Source: Cyanobacteriota bacterium
GTDB lineage: Bacteria > Cyanobacteriota > Cyanobacteriia > PCC-6307 > Cyanobiaceae
Direction: 5' to 3'
Length of the DNA stretch: 64,000 nt
Assembly (NCBI GenBank): GCA_046052125.1
Contig: JBJOMY010000002.1
Span: forward strand, 352,001-416,000
This document shows positions 46,430-55,921 of this stretch, in pieces. Under the pieces are notes generated by a model. The model saw nothing but the letters and a program-made list of their open reading frames with translations. It was not told the origin of the DNA and ran no database searches. Positions within the stretch are counted from its first letter, which is position 1, and each line of letters starts with the position of its first letter. A program made the translations under genes and the position numbers.

Positions 46430-48852
46430 CAGATGGCCTCGCTGGAATCGGTGGCGGCCCATTGCCAGTCGGTGATGGTGGGGGCATCCATGCCGTGCTC
46501 ATGGGCGTAAGCGCGGTTGGCCAGGATCGCCTCCTTCATCTGCTCTTTCACGTGAGCGGCGCGTGACCCTAACCCTGGAACGCGGTCGATCACATCAATC
46601 ACCAGATTGAAGCGATCGATCTGGTTGTTCATCGCCAGCTCCAGGGGGGTGTTGATGTTGCCTTGCTCCTTGTAGCCACGAACATGGAAATTGCCGTGAT
46701 TGGTGCGGCGATAGGTGAGGCGATGAATCAGCCACGGGTAGCCGTGGAAGTTGAAGATCACCGGGCGATCGGTGGTGAACAGGCTGTCGAAATCCCGATC
46801 GCTCAGGCCGTGCGGGTGTTCGCTCGGCTGGGTGAGCGCGAACAGTTTCACCACATTCAGTACCCTGATCTTGAGGCTGGGGATTTCGCGGCGCAGGATC
46901 TGCACCGCTGCCAACGTTTCCTTGGTGGGGATGTCACCGGCGCAGGCCATCACCACATCCGGTTCATCGGGTTCGTGGCCGATGTGATCGTTGCTGGCCC
47001 AGCTCCAGAGGCCGATGCCTTTGGCCACGTGGGCGCGGGCCTGCTCGAGCGAGAGGTACTGCAGATGTTTCTGCTTATCGCTCACGATGATGTTGCACAC
47101 ATTCGGCTCCACCAGCGCCTGCTCGGCCACCGCCAGCAGCGAATTGGCATCGGCAGGCAGATACACGCGCACCACCTCGCCGCTCTTGTTGCCGGCCAGG
47201 TCGATGAAGCCGGGGTCCTGATGGGTGAAGCCGTTGTGGTCCTGGCGCCACACCGTTGAGGAAATCAGGCAGGTCCAGGGGCCGATCGGGGCGCGCCAGG
47301 GAGCGTGGTGCAGGCAGCTCTCCAGCCATTTGGCGTGCTGGTTGAACATCGAGGCGATCACATGGGCGAAGGCCTCGTAGGTGTGGAAAAAGCCGTAGCG
47401 GCCGGTGAGCAGGTAGCCCTCCATCATTCCCACCAGCGTGTGCTCGCTGAGCATCTCCACCACTCGGCCGCTGCGGGAGAGCTCGCTGCCGTTGAGGTCT
47501 TCCGGCAGTAGCTCTTCCATCCACACCTTTTTGCTCTGCTCGTAGATCGCCTGCAGGCGATTGGAGGCCGTTTCATCCGGGCCGAACACCCGCAGGGAAT
47601 CGGGGTTGAGGCCGATGGCATCGCGCAGCAGCTCCCCGAGCACCGCCGTGTTTTCGTGCTGCACGCGCCCGGGCTGGGTCACCGCCACGGCGTAGCGGCT
47701 GGTGGGCGGCAGTTGCAGCTTGCGGCGCAGCAGCCCGCCATTGGCGTGGGGGTTGGAGCCCATGCGGTGCTTGCCCTGCGGTGAAAGGGCCTGCAGCTCG
47801 AGCTTGAGCCTGCCGTGCTCATCAAAGAGCTCCCAGGGGCGGTAGCTCTTCAGCCAGCCCTCAAGCTGCTGCAGTTGCGCCGTGTCATGGCGGGGATCGG
47901 GCAGGGGCACCTGGTGGGCCCGCCAGAAGCCCTCCAGTTTTTTGCCCCCCAGCTCGGAGGGTCCCGTCCAGCCTTTGGGCGAACGCAGCACGATCATGGG
48001 CCAGTGGGGCCGCAGCGCCTCACCGCTGCGCCGGGCCTCGGCCTGGATGGCCTGGATGCGGCCCACGGCCTGCTCCATCGCAGCCGCCATCGCCGCGTGC
48101 ATGGCCAGTGGCTCGCTGCCCTCCACAAACAGCGGCTCCCAGCCATAGCCCCGCATCAGGCTGGCCAGTTCCTCCCGGGGGATGCGCGCCAGCAGGGTGG
48201 GGTTGGCGATCTTGTACCCATTGAGGTGCAGCACCGGCAACACGGCGCCGTCGCTGATCGGGTTGAGGAATTTGTTGATGTGCCAGCTGGTGGCCAGCGG
48301 GCCGGTTTCCGCTTCTCCATCGCCCACGCAGGCCAGGGCGATCAGTTCCGGGTTGTCGAACACCGCGCCGCAGGCGTGGGAGAGCACGTAGCCCAGCTCG
48401 CCGCCTTCGTGGATCGAGCCGGGGGTTTCCGGGGTGCAGTGGCTGCCGATGTGGCCGGGGAAGGAGAACTGCTTGAAGAAACGCCGCATCCCCTCGGCGT
48501 CCTCGGATTTATCGGGATAGATCTCCGAATAGGAGCCATCGAGATAGGTGGGACCCAGTACACCGGGTGCCCCGTGCCCTGGCCCCGACAGATAAATCAT
48601 GTCGAGGTTGCGCTCCCGGATCAGCCGGTTGGCGTGGGCCCAGATGAAGGCCTGGCCCGGGCTTGAGCCCCAGTGACCCAGTAGGCGGTTCTTGATGTGC
48701 TCGGGCCGCAGCGGCTCGCTGAGCAGTGGGTTGTCCTGCAGGTAGATCATGCCCACCGCCAGGTAGTTGGCAGCTCGCCACCACGCATCGATCTGGTTGA
48801 GCTGCTCGGGCGCCAGGGGGCTGCTGATGGCGCTGGCTTGGCTCACCGACAT
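46429..48852 (-). CDS. xfp: Xylulose-5-P/fructose-6-P phosphoketolase
   Basis: [57 protein letters not shown] motifs. Confidence 0.96.
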   Translation of the reverse strand: MSVSQASAISSPLAPEQLNQIDAWWRAANYLAVGMIYLQDNPLLSEPLRPEHIKNRLLGHWGSSPGQAFIWAHANRLIRERNLDMIYLSGPGHGAPGVLGPTYLDGSYSEIYPDKSEDAEGMRRFFKQFSFPGHIGSHCTPETPGSIHEGGELGYVLSHACGAVFDNPELIALACVGDGEAETGPLATSWHINKFLNPISDGAVLPVLHLNGYKIANPTLLARIPREELASLMRGYGWEPLFVEGSEPLAMHAAMAAAMEQAVGRIQAIQAEARRSGEALRPHWPMIVLRSPKGWTGPSELGGKKLEGFWRAHQVPLPDPRHDTAQLQQLEGWLKSYRPWELFDEHGRLKLELQALSPQGKHRMGSNPHANGGLLRRKLQLPPTSRYAVAVTQPGRVQHENTAVLGELLRDAIGLNPDSLRVFGPDETASNRLQAIYEQSKKVWMEELLPEDLNGSELSRSGRVVEMLSEHTLVGMMEGYLLTGRYGFFHTYEAFAHVIASMFNQHAKWLESCLHHAPWRAPIGPWTCLISSTVWRQDHNGFTHQDPGFIDLAGNKSGEVVRVYLPADANSLLAVAEQALVEPNVCNIIVSDKQKHLQYLSLEQARAHVAKGIGLWSWASNDHIGHEPDEPDVVMACAGDIPTKETLAAVQILRREIPSLKIRVLNVVKLFALTQPSEHPHGLSDRDFDSLFTTDRPVIFNFHGYPWLIHRLTYRRTNHGNFHVRGYKEQGNINTPLELAMNNQIDRFNLVIDVIDRVPGLGSRAAHVKEQMKEAILANRAYAHEHGMDAPTITDWQWAATDSSEAI

Positions 48853-48934
48853 GGCGTGGACACCTTCAAGCTCAGCTCGGAACGTAGCCGTGGTCACAGG
48901 CCATGACCCTGTGGGGCGAGACTCTCGTGCGGAA

Positions 48935-50287
48935 TTGCCCACGTCTTTGATGCCCGAGATCGGCGCGCACCAGCTGGAGGTGGCGGAAACCCTGATCGGG
49001 GTGGGGCGTTTCCTGGTGATCTTCGTGGCGGCTCGGCTGTTGGCGGAGCTGCTGGTGCGCCTGCAGCTGCCCACGATCCTGGGCGAGCTGATCGCCGGCG
49101 TGATCATCGGCGCCAGTGGCCTGCATCTGATCGTGCCGCCGGAAACCCAGGCGGCGCTGAGCCAGGGGCTGGTGCAGCTGGTGGGCTCGCTGGCGGATGT
49201 GCCGCCGGATGTGGTGAGCCACCTCTATGCCGAGAGCTTCCCTTCCCTGCAGGCGGTGGCCACCCTCGGCCTGTTCGCCTTGCTGTTCCTCACGGGCCTA
49301 GAGAGCGATCTCGATGAACTGGTGGCGGTGGGCGGCCAGGCCACCACGGTGGCCGTGGCCGGTGTGGCGTTGCCCTTCGCTTTGGGCACCGCTGGCCTGA
49401 TGGCCTTCTTCCACGTGGATGTAATCCCGGCGGTGTTCGCTGGGGCCTCGATGACGGCCACGAGCATCGGCATCACCGCCAGCGTGTTCGGTGAGCTGAA
49501 GATGCTCCGCTCACGCGAGGGCCAGATCGTGCTCGGCGCCGCCGTGCTCGACGACATCCTCGGCATCGTGATCCTGGCGGTGGTGGTGAGCATTGCCGGC
49601 GGCGGCAACCTGGAAATCGGCCCGATCCTCAAACTGGTGGCCGCTGCTGTGGTGTTTGTGGTGGCGGCTATCGGCCTCAGCCGCACCGCAGCGCCGGGCT
49701 TCGACTGGGTGATTGATCGCCTCAAGGCCCCGGGGGATGTGGCCGTGGCCTCCTTTGTGGTGCTCACCCTCTGCTGCTTCGCCGCCACCGCCATCGGTCT
49801 GGAGGCTGCCCTGGGTGCCTTCGCAGCCGGCTTGATTCTCAGCAAGTCGAACCACAGCCATGCGATTGAGGCGGCGGTGAAGCCGGTGGTGGCTCTCTTC
49901 GCCACGATCTTTTTTGTGTTGATCGGCACCGGCATGGATCTTTCGGTGCTCAACCCGCTGGATCCCGCCAATCGCCCCGGCCTGGTGGTGGCCGCATTTC
50001 TGTTGGTGGTGGCGATCGGCGGCAAGGTGGCCGCGGGTTGGTGTTTCCTCTCCAAGCAACCCACCCAGCGGTTGGTGGTGGGTCTGGGGATGATGCCCCG
50101 CGGCGAGGTGGGCCTGATCTTCCTGGGACTCGGCACCCAGGCCAAGCTGCTCAGCCCGGCCCTTGAGGCCGCCATCCTGTTGATGGTGATCGGCACCACC
50201 TTCCTGGCGCCGGTGCTGCTCAGACTGGTGCTGGCTGGCAAGAGCGATGGACCCGACCTCGACCCCCTCGCCGAAATCCCCACTTGA
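48935..50287 (+). CDS. CPA2 Na+/H+ antiporter (NhaS3-like; start 48935 TTG or 48950 ATG)
   Basis: [37 protein letters not shown] motifs. Confidence 0.92.
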   Translation: MPTSLMPEIGAHQLEVAETLIGVGRFLVIFVAARLLAELLVRLQLPTILGELIAGVIIGASGLHLIVPPETQAALSQGLVQLVGSLADVPPDVVSHLYAESFPSLQAVATLGLFALLFLTGLESDLDELVAVGGQATTVAVAGVALPFALGTAGLMAFFHVDVIPAVFAGASMTATSIGITASVFGELKMLRSREGQIVLGAAVLDDILGIVILAVVVSIAGGGNLEIGPILKLVAAAVVFVVAAIGLSRTAAPGFDWVIDRLKAPGDVAVASFVVLTLCCFAATAIGLEAALGAFAAGLILSKSNHSHAIEAAVKPVVALFATIFFVLIGTGMDLSVLNPLDPANRPGLVVAAFLLVVAIGGKVAAGWCFLSKQPTQRLVVGLGMMPRGEVGLIFLGLGTQAKLLSPALEAAILLMVIGTTFLAPVLLRLVLAGKSDGPDLDPLAEIPT

Positions 50288-50798
50288 GGGTTGGCAGTTC
50301 AGCTGGGCCGGCTGGCTCGACAACCGCCACGGCGAGTGGTGGCTGCTTGCCCAGCTGGTGCTGATTGCTGCGCATCTTCTGCCGCCCTGGCCGGCTCCGG
50401 GCAGTTGGGGCTTTGCCTGGCCGCTGCCGATAGCACTGCTTGGCGTTGTGCTGTTTGTGGTGGGCTTGGCGTTGGCGGCCCAAGCGTTCTGGCGGCTGGG
50501 CGTGAATCTCACGCCGCTCCCGGATCCCAAGCCTGGTGCCGCCTTGGTGACGCGAGGTGCCTATGCCCGCTGCCGCCACCCCCTTTATCAGGCGGTGTTG
50601 CTCTGCTCCCTGGGGGTGGTGCTTGCCCTCGGAAGCCTGCTGCATCTGGCCCTGTTGCTGGGCCTGTGCGCGGTGCTCGGCGGGAAGGCCCGGCGGGAAG
50701 AGCGGATGTTGCTGCAGGTGCACCCCGACTACGCCGCCTACCAAAGCGCCGTGCCCGCAATCATTCCCGGGCTGCCCTGGCTGGATTGGCGCCGCTGA
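50247..50798 (+). CDS. Isoprenylcysteine carboxyl-methyltransferase/PEMT family protein
   Basis: LVTRGAYARCRHPLY and EERML...YAAY motifs. Confidence 0.85.
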   Translation: MDPTSTPSPKSPLEGWQFSWAGWLDNRHGEWWLLAQLVLIAAHLLPPWPAPGSWGFAWPLPIALLGVVLFVVGLALAAQAFWRLGVNLTPLPDPKPGAALVTRGAYARCRHPLYQAVLLCSLGVVLALGSLLHLALLLGLCAVLGGKARREERMLLQVHPDYAAYQSAVPAIIPGLPWLDWRR

Positions 50799-50830
50799 AT
50801 TTCTGAGGCGCTCGGGGCTTCGGGCCGGCT

Positions 50831-51172
50831 CTACTCGTTGCGGCTGGCCGCTAAGCCCCAGAACAAGCCATAGAGCGCGGCCATCAGCCCCAGGCTGGTG
50901 CCCCAGCCGGGACCCAAAGTCCAGCCCAGCACCAGGTTGATCACCACGCCGGCTCCGAGGGCCAGCAGCAGGCTGCTCACCACCAGGGCCACCAGCTGGC
51001 TGTCTTCATCGAGCGGCCCGGCGGCGAGGGCCTCTTCGAGGCGGGCGAGCGGAGCGCTCAGCGGCAGATACACCGCCAGGGCCCATAGGGCGCTGCCGGG
51101 GAGCAGCAGGGCCCAGCTCTCGGGGATCCAATCGGGCACGAGGGCGGGAGGCGGTGTGGATCTCCCTAGCAT
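50831..51172 (-). CDS. Small membrane protein (start 51172 or 51139)
   Basis: Hydrophobic ORF filling the gap between two plus-strand genes. Confidence 0.65.
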   Translation of the reverse strand: MLGRSTPPPALVPDWIPESWALLLPGSALWALAVYLPLSAPLARLEEALAAGPLDEDSQLVALVVSSLLLALGAGVVINLVLGWTLGPGWGTSLGLMAALYGLFWGLAASRNE

Positions 51173-51196
51173 CGGCCACCCACCCTTCAGTTGCCG

Positions 51197-52075
51197 GTGA
51201 CCGTTGCAGCGGGATGGACCTTCGAAGGCCATCCGATCCATTGCCTCAGCCGCCAGCCCGACAGCGTGGCGGCGGGTCCGGCAATCCTGCTGGTGCACGG
51301 CTTCGGCGCCTCCACCAACCACTGGCGCTTCAACATCCCAGCGCTGGCTGAGCACTATGAAGTGCATGCGTTGGATCTACTGGGTTTTGGTCGCAGTGCC
51401 AAACCGGAAGGCCCCCGCTACGGCGGCGCCCTCTGGCGCGATCAGCTGGTGGCCTACGTGAAGGAGCGCATCGGCCGTCCCACGGTGTTGGTGGGTAACT
51501 CGTTGGGGGGCTATGCCGCCCTGGCGGCCGGAGCTGCCCTGGGAGATCAGTGCGCCGGGGTGGCCTTGCTGAATGCGGCTGGTCCGTTTTCTGATGAGCA
51601 GGGTGAACCCAAGGGCTGGGGCGCGATCGCCCGCCGCACCATCGGCAGCGCCCTGCTCAAGAGCCCGTTGCTGCAGCGGCTGCTGTTTGAAAACATGCGC
51701 CGCCCCGCGAATGTGCGCCGCACCCTCAAGCAGGTGTACATCGACAGCACCAACGTGGATGACGAGCTGGTGGAGTCGATCCTGCGGCCCAGCCGCGATC
51801 CCGGAGCCTTCGGGGTGTTTCGCACCGTGTTCGACATTCCCCGCGGCCAGCCCCTTGATGAACTGTTCGCCGAGCTGCAGGCGCCGCTGCTCTTGCTGTG
51901 GGGCATCCGCGATCCCTGGATCAACGCGGCCGGCCGCCGCGGCGCCTTTCAGCGTCACGCTCCCGCCAACACCACCGAGGTGGTGCTCCAGGCCGGCCAT
52001 TGCCCCCACGATGAGGTGCCGGATCAGGTGAACCGGGCCATGTTGGAGTGGCTCGCCGGCCTGCCGGCGCGATGA
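51197..52075 (+). CDS. Alpha/beta fold hydrolase
   Basis: LVHGFGAS, DLLGFG, GNSLGG nucleophile motif, GHCPHDE. Confidence 0.92.
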   Translation: MTVAAGWTFEGHPIHCLSRQPDSVAAGPAILLVHGFGASTNHWRFNIPALAEHYEVHALDLLGFGRSAKPEGPRYGGALWRDQLVAYVKERIGRPTVLVGNSLGGYAALAAGAALGDQCAGVALLNAAGPFSDEQGEPKGWGAIARRTIGSALLKSPLLQRLLFENMRRPANVRRTLKQVYIDSTNVDDELVESILRPSRDPGAFGVFRTVFDIPRGQPLDELFAELQAPLLLLWGIRDPWINAAGRRGAFQRHAPANTTEVVLQAGHCPHDEVPDQVNRAMLEWLAGLPAR

Positions 52076-52788
52076 CCGAGCCGCCCGGGGCGTTGCTCTA
52101 CCGGCCCGTGCTCTGCCTGCCGAAAACCGGCAGCACTAGCCTCACACTCTGGCTGCGGAGCCAAGGAGACCCGGCACGGCACGAATGGCAGGTCCAGGAG
52201 CTCCTGCACCTAGGAGCCCTGTCCCATCGCCCTGATTTTCCAGAGCGCCGGCAGGCGTGGTTGCTTCAACGGGTCCGCGGGCTGGAGGGTGCCTGGGACG
52301 TCACCACCTCCCTCTATGCCGTGCTCTGGGATCTCTCCGCCTCCGGCGTTCCCGGGTTGCGGATCCAGCCTCGTTGGCTCTGCCGCTCCCCCGGCCCCTG
52401 GCTGGCGAGCAGCGTGGCTTGGAGCCTTCGCTTTGCTGCTGACCCCTTCCGCCGCCGCTGGTTGGGCTTGCATCGCGGGTTCGTGTTTCGTAGGGATCCG
52501 GCCCTGGCGGCCTTGATGCCCGCCAATCCCAGCAGCCCGCAGCAGTTGAGCGCCTACTGGCTACCCGTCTGGCTGACGTTTCAAACCCTGGTGCAGGAGC
52601 GGCAGCAGTCTTATCAGCTGACCGAGCGGCTGCCGGCCCGCCATCACGCCAATGCCAGCCCACCCGGCTCCATGAGGCTGCCGCCATGGCCTGAGCTGCC
52701 ACGCCTCAGCGGCTGTTTCCAGACCGATGGCCCCTGCCTGGAGGCTGTGAGGCGCTGCTGTCTTCAGCTGGGCCGGATCACGGGGTGA
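52072..52788 (+). CDS. Sulfotransferase-like protein
   Basis: LPKTGSTSL...RHE 5'-PSB-like motif and CRSPGPWLAS (RxPxxWxxS); ATGA overlap with the hydrolase stop. Confidence 0.6.
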   Translation: MTEPPGALLYRPVLCLPKTGSTSLTLWLRSQGDPARHEWQVQELLHLGALSHRPDFPERRQAWLLQRVRGLEGAWDVTTSLYAVLWDLSASGVPGLRIQPRWLCRSPGPWLASSVAWSLRFAADPFRRRWLGLHRGFVFRRDPALAALMPANPSSPQQLSAYWLPVWLTFQTLVQERQQSYQLTERLPARHHANASPPGSMRLPPWPELPRLSGCFQTDGPCLEAVRRCCLQLGRITG

Positions 52789-53555
52789 GCCTCCCCCTGA
52801 AGTGGATCCCCAGGCGCCAGTTGCGGGAAGTAGATCTCGCGGATGCGGCGCCGCAGCGTGGCGCCTCGAGCTGGATTGAAGCCGATGGGGTCGGGATTGA
52901 GCCTGGCCCCGTCTGGAATGAAGCAGGCCGCCAGGGCCAGTCGGGGCTCCGCCATCCGGTTGGGCAGGCCGCAGTGCCACACCACGCCGTTGTGCAGATC
53001 CACATCCCCCGGCTGGAAAGCGCTGGTGCTCGTCATCGGCATGCCGCTTCGCAAGAGCAGCGGCTTCAGTTCGTTCTCGTCGTTCAGGCAGCCCTGCTGG
53101 GGCTCCAGACGAGCCGTGCCTTCCGCGTAATAGAGGCCGCTGCTGTCCTGCACCGGTGTGAACGGGATCCAGCAGGTGAGGATCGGCGCATCGCTGGGGA
53201 TCACGTCCTTGTCGCGATGCCAGCTGGTCATGGCAGCGCCGGGTTGCTTGCGCAGCACGCCGAAGTGCAGCGGGCGCAGGGCCTGCCAGCCCGTGGCCCT
53301 CGCCACGAGCTGGGGTAGTTCACCGCTGGTGAGCAGTGCCCAGATGGCGGGGTGCTTCGGGCTCAGTCGCCATTCGCATCCGTGGGGATCCGCACCGGTG
53401 CGCTGCAGTTGGGCCGCGTTGCCGCTGCTGCTCAGCTGTTGCTGCCAGAGCTCCTCTGCTTCCTGACGCACAGCGGCGAGCCGCTCGGCCGGCCATAGCC
53501 CATCGCAGCGCCCATGGCCGCTCTGCTCCAGCTGCCGCTGCAGGTCAGTCGGCAT
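52764..53555 (-). CDS. PhyH-family Fe(II)/2OG dioxygenase
   Basis: KQPG...WHRD, TCWIPF, PGDVDLH...WH...PR motifs. Confidence 0.85.
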   Translation of the reverse strand: MPTDLQRQLEQSGHGRCDGLWPAERLAAVRQEAEELWQQQLSSSGNAAQLQRTGADPHGCEWRLSPKHPAIWALLTSGELPQLVARATGWQALRPLHFGVLRKQPGAAMTSWHRDKDVIPSDAPILTCWIPFTPVQDSSGLYYAEGTARLEPQQGCLNDENELKPLLLRSGMPMTSTSAFQPGDVDLHNGVVWHCGLPNRMAEPRLALAACFIPDGARLNPDPIGFNPARGATLRRRIREIYFPQLAPGDPLQGEAHPVIRPS

Positions 53556-54267
53556 TGCGCTGCAGCGTGTCGAGATTCCACTGCCGCACCTGGTTGATCA
53601 GTGGCGCCATGGCGCCGCCGCCTGCCTTGGCGATGGGGTTGAGCACCAGCGGGGCCGTGAGGTAGTTCACGATCAGTGCCTGCCGCTCGCTGGGTGCCGC
53701 CATGGCCAGGGAGCCATGCAGGGTCCAGAGCTGGTGCAGGGTTGCATCCCCCAGAGACAGCGGTGCCGCGACAACGGCGGTGGTGTGGGGTTCGACGCCA
53801 TCCGGCCAGCGGTCGCTCGTGAGTGGTTGTTCGATCAGGCAGAACCGCTGGGTGCCGGCGAAGAACACCAGCGGAGCGTTGTCGCCGTCAATCGGATGCA
53901 GCGGCACCCAGAGGGTGAAGGCCTGCAAGCTGTCGCTGGGGATGAACCGGCCGTCCTGGTGCCAGGCCGTGCCGTTGCAGCCAGGGGTTTTGCAGTAGAG
54001 CGTGGTGCCCAGCAGCTGGATCTGGCTGCTGCTGCGGCCCACATGCCGAGCCAGCCGAGCCAGCAGGGTGGGATGGGTGAAGATCTCGTGCAGGGCCGGG
54101 ATCTCGCGGTGCAGGAACCAGAGGGTTTCGGTTTGCGCCTGTTTCCGCTGCATGTAGGCCTGCATGGCCTCTCGCTGCGCCAGCAGCTGGTTGATCGCCT
54201 GGGGGCTGAGGGCCCCAGGCAGATGGCAGAAGCCATCGCGTTGCAGCTGGGCCTCAGACAGGTGCAT
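53545..54267 (-). CDS. PhyH-family Fe(II)/2OG dioxygenase
   Basis: QRDGF start, KTPG...WHQD, TLWVPL, GDATLH...LHGS...ER motifs. Confidence 0.88.
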   Translation of the reverse strand: MHLSEAQLQRDGFCHLPGALSPQAINQLLAQREAMQAYMQRKQAQTETLWFLHREIPALHEIFTHPTLLARLARHVGRSSSQIQLLGTTLYCKTPGCNGTAWHQDGRFIPSDSLQAFTLWVPLHPIDGDNAPLVFFAGTQRFCLIEQPLTSDRWPDGVEPHTTAVVAAPLSLGDATLHQLWTLHGSLAMAAPSERQALIVNYLTAPLVLNPIAKAGGGAMAPLINQVRQWNLDTLQRNAD

Positions 54268-55114
54268 GGGCCAGAAGGTAGAGCTTGAGCTGCACCCCAG
54301 TGCCGTCGCCGGCTCCATCGTTGGGATTCGCCACCAGCTTCAGGTGGCTGAACCCTGGCTGGAAGCGCTCCCCCAACCGGCGGCGATGCCACTGCCGTGT
54401 GCGCTCCAGGCTGCCGTGGGGGCACCAGGGTGTCAGCAGTTCCAGCAGGGCCAGCGCAGCGGGGTCGGCTTCGCCACTGCCGCGCTGCAGCCGCTCCGTT
54501 GGATACAGCTCCAGCCCCAGCCGTGGTTGCGGTGTGCTGTACCAGTCGAAGCAGGCCGACCAGGCCAGCTGCCCGGGCTGGGCCAACAACAGCGGCTCCA
54601 CACCCGCCCGCTGGAGCAGGGCAACGGCGGCGGGCAGCTGCTGCTGCAGCCAGCCCCACTGCGCCGCTGCCGGACCCACCAGGTTGCAGCGCCAGCTGGG
54701 GTGTCGCTGCCCCAGCCTCGGTGGAAACAGGCCCAGATGGGAGATCCGCACGCCGGTGGGTAGCGGCAGCGTGGCCAGGGGCTCCAGCGGTGGCGCATCC
54801 AGCAGCGTGCCCAGGGCTGCAGCCAGCGGCGCCAGTTCCCCCTGCGTGGCCGGGCGCTGCAGGCGCAGAAACAACCCGGGCCAGCCCTCGCCGGGCTGAT
54901 CGAACTCCAGCCAGGGATCTGCCAGCAGATCGGGCCACTGCCGCAGGCAGCTGTTCACCAGCGCGAGCAGCGGTTGCAGCTGCTCCCAGCCCGGCTGCTG
55001 GGCCACTGCCTTCGGATCCGGCAACGGCATCGACAGATCCGGGATCCGGATCGGTTCGTGGGCCTCGCTCAGTCTGTATTCGAATAGTCCTAGGTGCCCG
55101 AGCGGAGGGATCAC
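54254..55114 (-). CDS. Hypothetical protein, possibly with an ABBA/PT-barrel prenyltransferase-like fold
   Basis: Motif string WLEFD..P.LF, HLGL..R, PRLGLE.Y, SHLKLV...LKLYL; GTG start at 55114; fold is inferred. Confidence 0.5.
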   Translation of the reverse strand: MIPPLGHLGLFEYRLSEAHEPIRIPDLSMPLPDPKAVAQQPGWEQLQPLLALVNSCLRQWPDLLADPWLEFDQPGEGWPGLFLRLQRPATQGELAPLAAALGTLLDAPPLEPLATLPLPTGVRISHLGLFPPRLGQRHPSWRCNLVGPAAAQWGWLQQQLPAAVALLQRAGVEPLLLAQPGQLAWSACFDWYSTPQPRLGLELYPTERLQRGSGEADPAALALLELLTPWCPHGSLERTRQWHRRRLGERFQPGFSHLKLVANPNDGAGDGTGVQLKLYLLAHAPV

Positions 55115-55124
55115 AGCGGTGCCC

Positions 55125-55889
55125 TCACACGTAGGCCAGTAGGTGGCGCTGGTTGTGATCCAGCCGTAGAAACCCCCCCAGCACCAGCCGCGGCTGCGAT
55201 CCCTGGCAGGGCCGAATTCGGTGCCAATGCTCACCGGCGTTGAACAGCAGTGCCTCCCCTGCCCGGGGCGGCACCATGTCCACGGATTGCAAGGGCTGCG
55301 CCGCAACCGGTGGATTGCTGCCGCGATGCCGGAACAGCTCCAGTTCCCCGCCGCTGCTCGGAGCCTGGAGGATGTAGAGGAAGCTGAGTTGAAACGCCGG
55401 CTCCAGCGCCAGCGGGCCCAAGCTGTTGTCTTGAACGCCCAGACGACCGGTCTCGATCAGGTTGTGGCGGTTCCACACCTGTTCGCAGTGGGGATCGATG
55501 CCACAGCCCGGGTCCATCACCCGCAGGGCCCAGCACGGCAAGGGGAGCCCATCGGCGCTTTGCAGCCGTTGCAGTGGGCGCTCGAACAGGCTGTGGAGCC
55601 AGCTGCCGAGCGCGGGTAGTAAGAGCTGATCCACGGCCAGACAGGCTTCCTTAGGCCGACTGTCCAGGCTCGCCTGGTAGTGCTCCGCCGTGGCGCCCAC
55701 GCAACTGCGGGGCAGGGTCCAGCCCCAGGGGGTGCGTGCCCAGCCGGCAGCCTGAGGCTCGGGCTGTTTCAGCCGCTCCAACAGCGGTTGGCAGGCGTTC
55801 ATCAGCTCGGCGTGCGGCAGCAGCGCGGCGTGGCGATGCAACGCCAGTGCTCCCGCTAACACGGCCTCGAGGTTGCCATTGCGCGCCAT
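55125..55889 (-). CDS. Fe(II)/2OG oxygenase (prolyl-4-hydroxylase-like C-terminal domain)
   Basis: PHCE, LSFLYIL..P..GGEL, PRAGEALLF...WHRI.P..G...R motifs. Confidence 0.8.
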   Translation of the reverse strand: MARNGNLEAVLAGALALHRHAALLPHAELMNACQPLLERLKQPEPQAAGWARTPWGWTLPRSCVGATAEHYQASLDSRPKEACLAVDQLLLPALGSWLHSLFERPLQRLQSADGLPLPCWALRVMDPGCGIDPHCEQVWNRHNLIETGRLGVQDNSLGPLALEPAFQLSFLYILQAPSSGGELELFRHRGSNPPVAAQPLQSVDMVPPRAGEALLFNAGEHWHRIRPCQGSQPRLVLGGFLRLDHNQRHLLAYV

Positions 55890-55921
55890 CGGCGCAGGCT
55901 ATGGGAAGTCGGCTGCTTCGC

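Noticed and set aside
44777..46510. Long antisense ORFs (for example 44777-46510, 31587-32912, 49225-50283)
   Set aside because: They are shadows of well-supported genes on the opposite strand, as expected in GC-rich DNA
55125..55889. 2OG oxygenase as a halogenase
   Set aside because: The metal motif reads H-C-E and keeps a carboxylate ligand; Fe/2OG halogenases have Gly or Ala there
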